Positions 56,814-59,678 of a stretch of 59,678 nt of DNA are shown in pieces. Made by a program: the position numbers and the translations under genes. This DNA comes from a virus. Its lineage: Duplodnaviria > Caudoviricetes. A model generated the notes under the pieces. That model saw nothing but the letters and a program-made list of their open reading frames with translations, searched no databases and was not told where the DNA came from. The stretch lies in IMG/VR virus record IMGVR_UViG_3300037182_000030, positions 1 to 59,678 of that record. One strand, written 5' to 3'. Positions within the stretch are counted from its first letter, which is position 1, and the number at the start of each line of letters is the position of its first letter.

Positions 56814-56882
56814 GCGCCACCCAAGACATTCAAATTGAAACCGACGTGCGTGGCGCTCATTCGCTGCATCCGGTGGTTGGGG
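56789..56882 (-). repeat. attC: attC #5
   Basis: GCCTAAC-GATCAGCGATGAGCGCCAC / GTGGCGCTCATtCGCTGcATC-GTTGGGG. Confidence 0.9.
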
Positions 56883-57679
56883 CGCATTTCGAGGACTCAC
56901 AAACTAGAATCATAAACGCCGACTGCCTGAACACGCTCGAAGAAATGGAAGATGGAAGCTGCCATGCTGTAATCACTGACCCGCCGTTCTCGTCTGGTGC
57001 GCGAACCGACGCCGGAAAGAATATGCGCGGCGGGATGCAACGCGGCGCGAAGTGGCAAGAGAACTGGTTCAGTCACGACAACCTCGCCACTCACGGCTTC
57101 AACTATCTGATGCGCCTGGTGGCTGTGGAACTCTACCGTGTGACAACGCCAACCGCGACCGCCCACTTCTTCATAGACTGGCGGATGTATCCGAACCTCT
57201 ACGCCGTGGTGGAGTCGGCGGGATGGATCGCAAAGAATCTCGTGGTGTGGGACAAGAAACACTTCGGGATGGGCGGCAACTACCGCAACCAGCACGAGCT
57301 AATCCTCTACTGCGAAAAGACGGCTGGCGCTGACTTCCGGCAAAAGAACCTCGGCAACGTGATAAGCAGCAAGCGGGCTGAAATGCTGCACCATCCGACA
57401 GAGAAGCCGACCGACATCCTCGGTCTGATGATTCGGGCGGTGACTGACGAGGGGCAAACCGTGCTCGACCCATTCATGGGCAGCGGGTCAACGCTTCGCG
57501 CCGCCAAAGACAACAATCGGAAATCAATCGGCATCGAGATATGCCGAGAATACTGCGAAGTGGCCGCAGCACGGATGGCTCAAACCGTCCTGCCACTGGA
57601 CGCGCCCGCAATGCGCCCCAACGCAGAGTTCAGGAACGCCGCATCTGGCGTTCCCGGACTCGATGGAGGCGTCCAATAG
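56810..57679 (+). CDS. Cassette cargo: DNA N4/N6 methyltransferase
   Basis: ITDPPF; HPTEKP; VLDPFMGSGST. Confidence 0.92.
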   Translation: MSATQDIQIETDVRGAHSLHPVVGAHFEDSQTRIINADCLNTLEEMEDGSCHAVITDPPFSSGARTDAGKNMRGGMQRGAKWQENWFSHDNLATHGFNYLMRLVAVELYRVTTPTATAHFFIDWRMYPNLYAVVESAGWIAKNLVVWDKKHFGMGGNYRNQHELILYCEKTAGADFRQKNLGNVISSKRAEMLHHPTEKPTDILGLMIRAVTDEGQTVLDPFMGSGSTLRAAKDNNRKSIGIEICREYCEVAAARMAQTVLPLDAPAMRPNAEFRNAASGVPGLDGGVQ

Positions 57680-57705
57680 GCGTTTCCTGCAACGATTTGT
57701 TGGGC
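57616..57705 (-). repeat. attC: attC #4
   Basis: CCCCAAC-GTTCAGGAACGCC / GGCGTTtCCTGcAAC-GTTGGGC. Confidence 0.88.
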
Positions 57706-57736
57706 AGGCCGGTCTGAAAATAAATGAAAATAGTTC

Positions 57737-57765
57737 TTGCAACCAAAGCGGCTTGGGTTTATTGT
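57737..57765 (+). promoter_or_regulatory. Cassette-internal promoter
   Basis: TTGCAA-17-TATTGT, ATG 6 nt downstream. Confidence 0.55.
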
Positions 57766-57771
57766 GTGGGT

Positions 57772-57978
57772 ATGAAAACGAACGAAATCAAATCGGTGTC
57801 AGCGGCGCACGGCAAAATGAACATCGTTCACGCGGCGGGCGCGACGGTGGAAGGCTGCACGGCGGCATACTACGCGCTCTGCGGCGACACGCGGGCAATC
57901 CGGCGGTCAATGCGCGGATTTCTTGAAGTGTATGTCCCGGTGAACTGCCCGTCATGCCTTGCCAAGCTCGCAAAATGA
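57772..57978 (+). CDS. Cassette cargo: small Zn-binding protein
   Basis: VH......ALCG......VNCPSC. Confidence 0.6.
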   Translation: MKTNEIKSVSAAHGKMNIVHAAGATVEGCTAAYYALCGDTRAIRRSMRGFLEVYVPVNCPSCLAKLAK

Positions 57979-58289
57979 AAACTGAATGGAAATGGCTACT
58001 CGACTGGATAGCACAAAACGGCAGCGCCGACTGCTTGAACACGCCGCTCGCGCTCGACGCCTGCGAGCGGTTCGGATGGCGCTGCATCAGAACTGGCCTG
58101 CATACGGTGTCAACGCCTCGCGTCGGACGGGAACTGGCGAAGATGGCAAGGGCTGGCTACCTCGAAAAGAGCCGCGCCGGAATCTCCGGACTCGGCTACG
58201 GGTGGCCGAAATGGGTGTGGACATACAGCCTGACAAGTATGGCTGCCCAAATTGCAACGGAGACGGTTGCGAACTCTGCCGCTAAATGA
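57975..58289 (+). CDS. Cassette cargo: winged-helix-like protein
   Basis: GR.L..M...GYL...R.G......GWPKWV..Y.L. Confidence 0.6.
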   Translation: MKTEWKWLLDWIAQNGSADCLNTPLALDACERFGWRCIRTGLHTVSTPRVGRELAKMARAGYLEKSRAGISGLGYGWPKWVWTYSLTSMAAQIATETVANSAAK

Positions 58290-58465
58290 ACATCACAAAA
58301 TATCTGTCTGAAATCGGGCGCAAAGGCGGTAAAGCCAAGAGCCGCGCCAAACTCGCCGCTGCGCGTGCAAATGGGAAACTTGGTGGACGCCCGAAGAAAC
58401 CTAAACGCGCCGCCCGTCTGCCCAACACTAAAGTGAGCAGCGTGATCGTGAGCAACCGTGAATAA
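58286..58465 (+). CDS. Cassette cargo: small basic GGRP peptide
   Basis: MNITKYLSEIGRKGGKAKSRAKLAAARANGKLGGRPKK...; paralog of 52385-52528. Confidence 0.7.
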   Translation: MNITKYLSEIGRKGGKAKSRAKLAAARANGKLGGRPKKPKRAARLPNTKVSSVIVSNRE

Positions 58466-58541
58466 CTCGACAACCATTCTAACCACTGAAACCGTGCCAA
58501 CTGGCGGGAGCAATCACGTCTGCTCCACTGCCTTGTTAGAG
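58420..58541 (-). repeat. attC: attC #3
   Basis: GCCCAAC-AGTGAGCAGCGTGAT / ATCACGtCTGCTCcACT-GTTAGAG. Confidence 0.88.
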
Positions 58542-59276
58542 CACAGGATCGTGGCGCTCTCTGGTGGAAAAGACTCAACCGCTCTCGCTCTCCGGCTCGC
58601 GGAAGTAGAACCGCAAGCGTATCAATTCTGCATCACGCCGACAGGCCGCGAACTGCCGGAAATGCTCGACCACTGGAAAAAGCTGGAATGTCTGCTTGGC
58701 GCTCCGCTGGTGCGAATCCCAGGCCCGTCGCTGCTCGACCTCATCATCAAATACAAGACGCTGCCAAACTTCCGGCTGCGCTACTGCACGCGGGAAGTGA
58801 AAATCGAGCCATTCATCAAATACGCGGAGAGCCTCGCGCCTGCAATCTGCTACGTCGGCATCCGTGCCGATGAAGCCGATGACCGCGAAGGAACGAACTG
58901 GAATGGCATCGAAGGCGTGAAACAAGACCTGCCGCTGGTGCGCTGGGGATGGGGCGTGAACCGCGTAAAAGAATATCTGCGCGAACGCGGCGTGACGATA
59001 CCGGAACGGACGGACTGCGACTGCTGCTATCACCAGCAACTCGGCGAATGGTGGCGGCTGTGGCGCGACCACATAGACCGCTGGATGGAAATCGAAGCTC
59101 TCGAAATCTGGACTGGTCACACGCTCCGCAGTGAACAGCGCGACTCGTGGCCGGCGAGCCTGAAAGAACTCCGCGCAAAATTTGAAGCTGGCTACATCCC
59201 GAAAGGGGCAGCGCAAATGAAAATCCCGCTCGACGTAGCCGAGCGGAAAACAATGTGCGCTTGGTGCGCTCGATAA
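58458..59276 (+). CDS. Cassette cargo: PAPS-reductase-family (PP-loop) protein
   Basis: VALSGGKDSTAL; TG.E.PE; R.CT...KI.P; VGIRADE..R; PL..WG; R..C..C. Confidence 0.85.
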   Translation: MNNSTTILTTETVPTGGSNHVCSTALLEHRIVALSGGKDSTALALRLAEVEPQAYQFCITPTGRELPEMLDHWKKLECLLGAPLVRIPGPSLLDLIIKYKTLPNFRLRYCTREVKIEPFIKYAESLAPAICYVGIRADEADDREGTNWNGIEGVKQDLPLVRWGWGVNRVKEYLRERGVTIPERTDCDCCYHQQLGEWWRLWRDHIDRWMEIEALEIWTGHTLRSEQRDSWPASLKELRAKFEAGYIPKGAAQMKIPLDVAERKTMCAWCAR

Positions 59277-59277
59277 T

Positions 59278-59547
59278 ATGCCATACGAAACCCTACACCC
59301 CGGAAAGAAATGTCCCGAATGCGGCGGCAGGGGAAAAATCTACCGTCACGTTCCGAAATACGCGATAGCCATGCCCGGCGTGGCTGACGACTGGACATAC
59401 GAAGATCAAGAATGCTGGCGCTGTCATGGTGACGGCATCGCGCGTTCGCTGGACGCACGGCTGTGCTCTAACGTAGAAGTCAGCGATGGCGCGTCGCTGA
59501 CCAACCGAAAAACAAACGCAGCGTCCTCGCGCCATTCGCTGCACTGA
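59278..59547 (+). CDS. Cassette cargo: DnaJ-type zinc-finger peptide
   Basis: CPECGGRG...CWRCHGDG; reads through attC #2. Confidence 0.6.
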   Translation: MPYETLHPGKKCPECGGRGKIYRHVPKYAIAMPGVADDWTYEDQECWRCHGDGIARSLDARLCSNVEVSDGASLTNRKTNAASSRHSLH

Positions 59548-59557
59548 CGGGTTAGGA
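59466..59557 (-). repeat. attC: attC #2
   Basis: CTCTAAC-AGTCAGCGATGGCGCG / CGCGCCATtCGCTGcACT-GTTAGGA. Confidence 0.9.
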
Positions 59558-59678
59558 CTTTTATGAGAACAACAATAATGATAGCTGCAATCCTTTTGGT
59601 CGGCGCTCATGGAGTGCCGGAAAGCAAAGTAAATATCGGAACTGGAATAGCCAGATTCGGACTGTTGTGGTCACTGGC

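Larger units (their letters stand above)
51141..59678 (-). mobile_element. Integron cassette array (continues across the junction to 423): 16 attC sites, 16 cassettes
   Basis: Regular AAC...GTT hairpins; each cassette's two ends are mutually complementary; adjacent intI. Confidence 0.92.

Overview
Apparently complete, circular ~59.5 kb tailed-phage genome: the first 141 nt repeat at 59538-59678 with 2 mismatches, and essentially all real genes lie on the + strand. It has packaging genes (TerS/TerL), a Mu-like head module (DUF935-type portal, gpI-type protease, capsid, MuF/gpG-like proteins), a tail module with a -1 frameshift chaperone, several signal-peptide-bearing adhesin-like proteins, and an early recombination/replication module (Rad52/Mgm101-like annealase, DnaQ-like exonuclease, initiator). 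The outstanding feature is a complete phage-encoded integron spanning the contig junction. An IntI-type tyrosine recombinase (459-1412) sits next to an attI-like site (417-458) and an array of 16 attC-delimited cassettes (51141-59678 continuing into 1-423). By the position of the extrahelical bases, the attC sites are canonically oriented relative to intI/attI, but every cassette gene is inverted, so the array reads as part of the phage + strand operon. The attC hairpins supply start codons, coupling peptides and stop codons. The cargo (two DNA methyltransferases, a Lar-like protein, a PAPS-reductase-family protein, an HNH, a SAM methyltransferase) looks partly like counter-defence. Secondary findings are a shared RNA-switch leader on three endonuclease genes, a tRNA-like ncRNA, a catalytically dead prohead-protease paralog and an ADP-ribosyltransferase-like domain in the MuF-like protein. 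All protein assignments come from motif recognition by eye, not from database searches.
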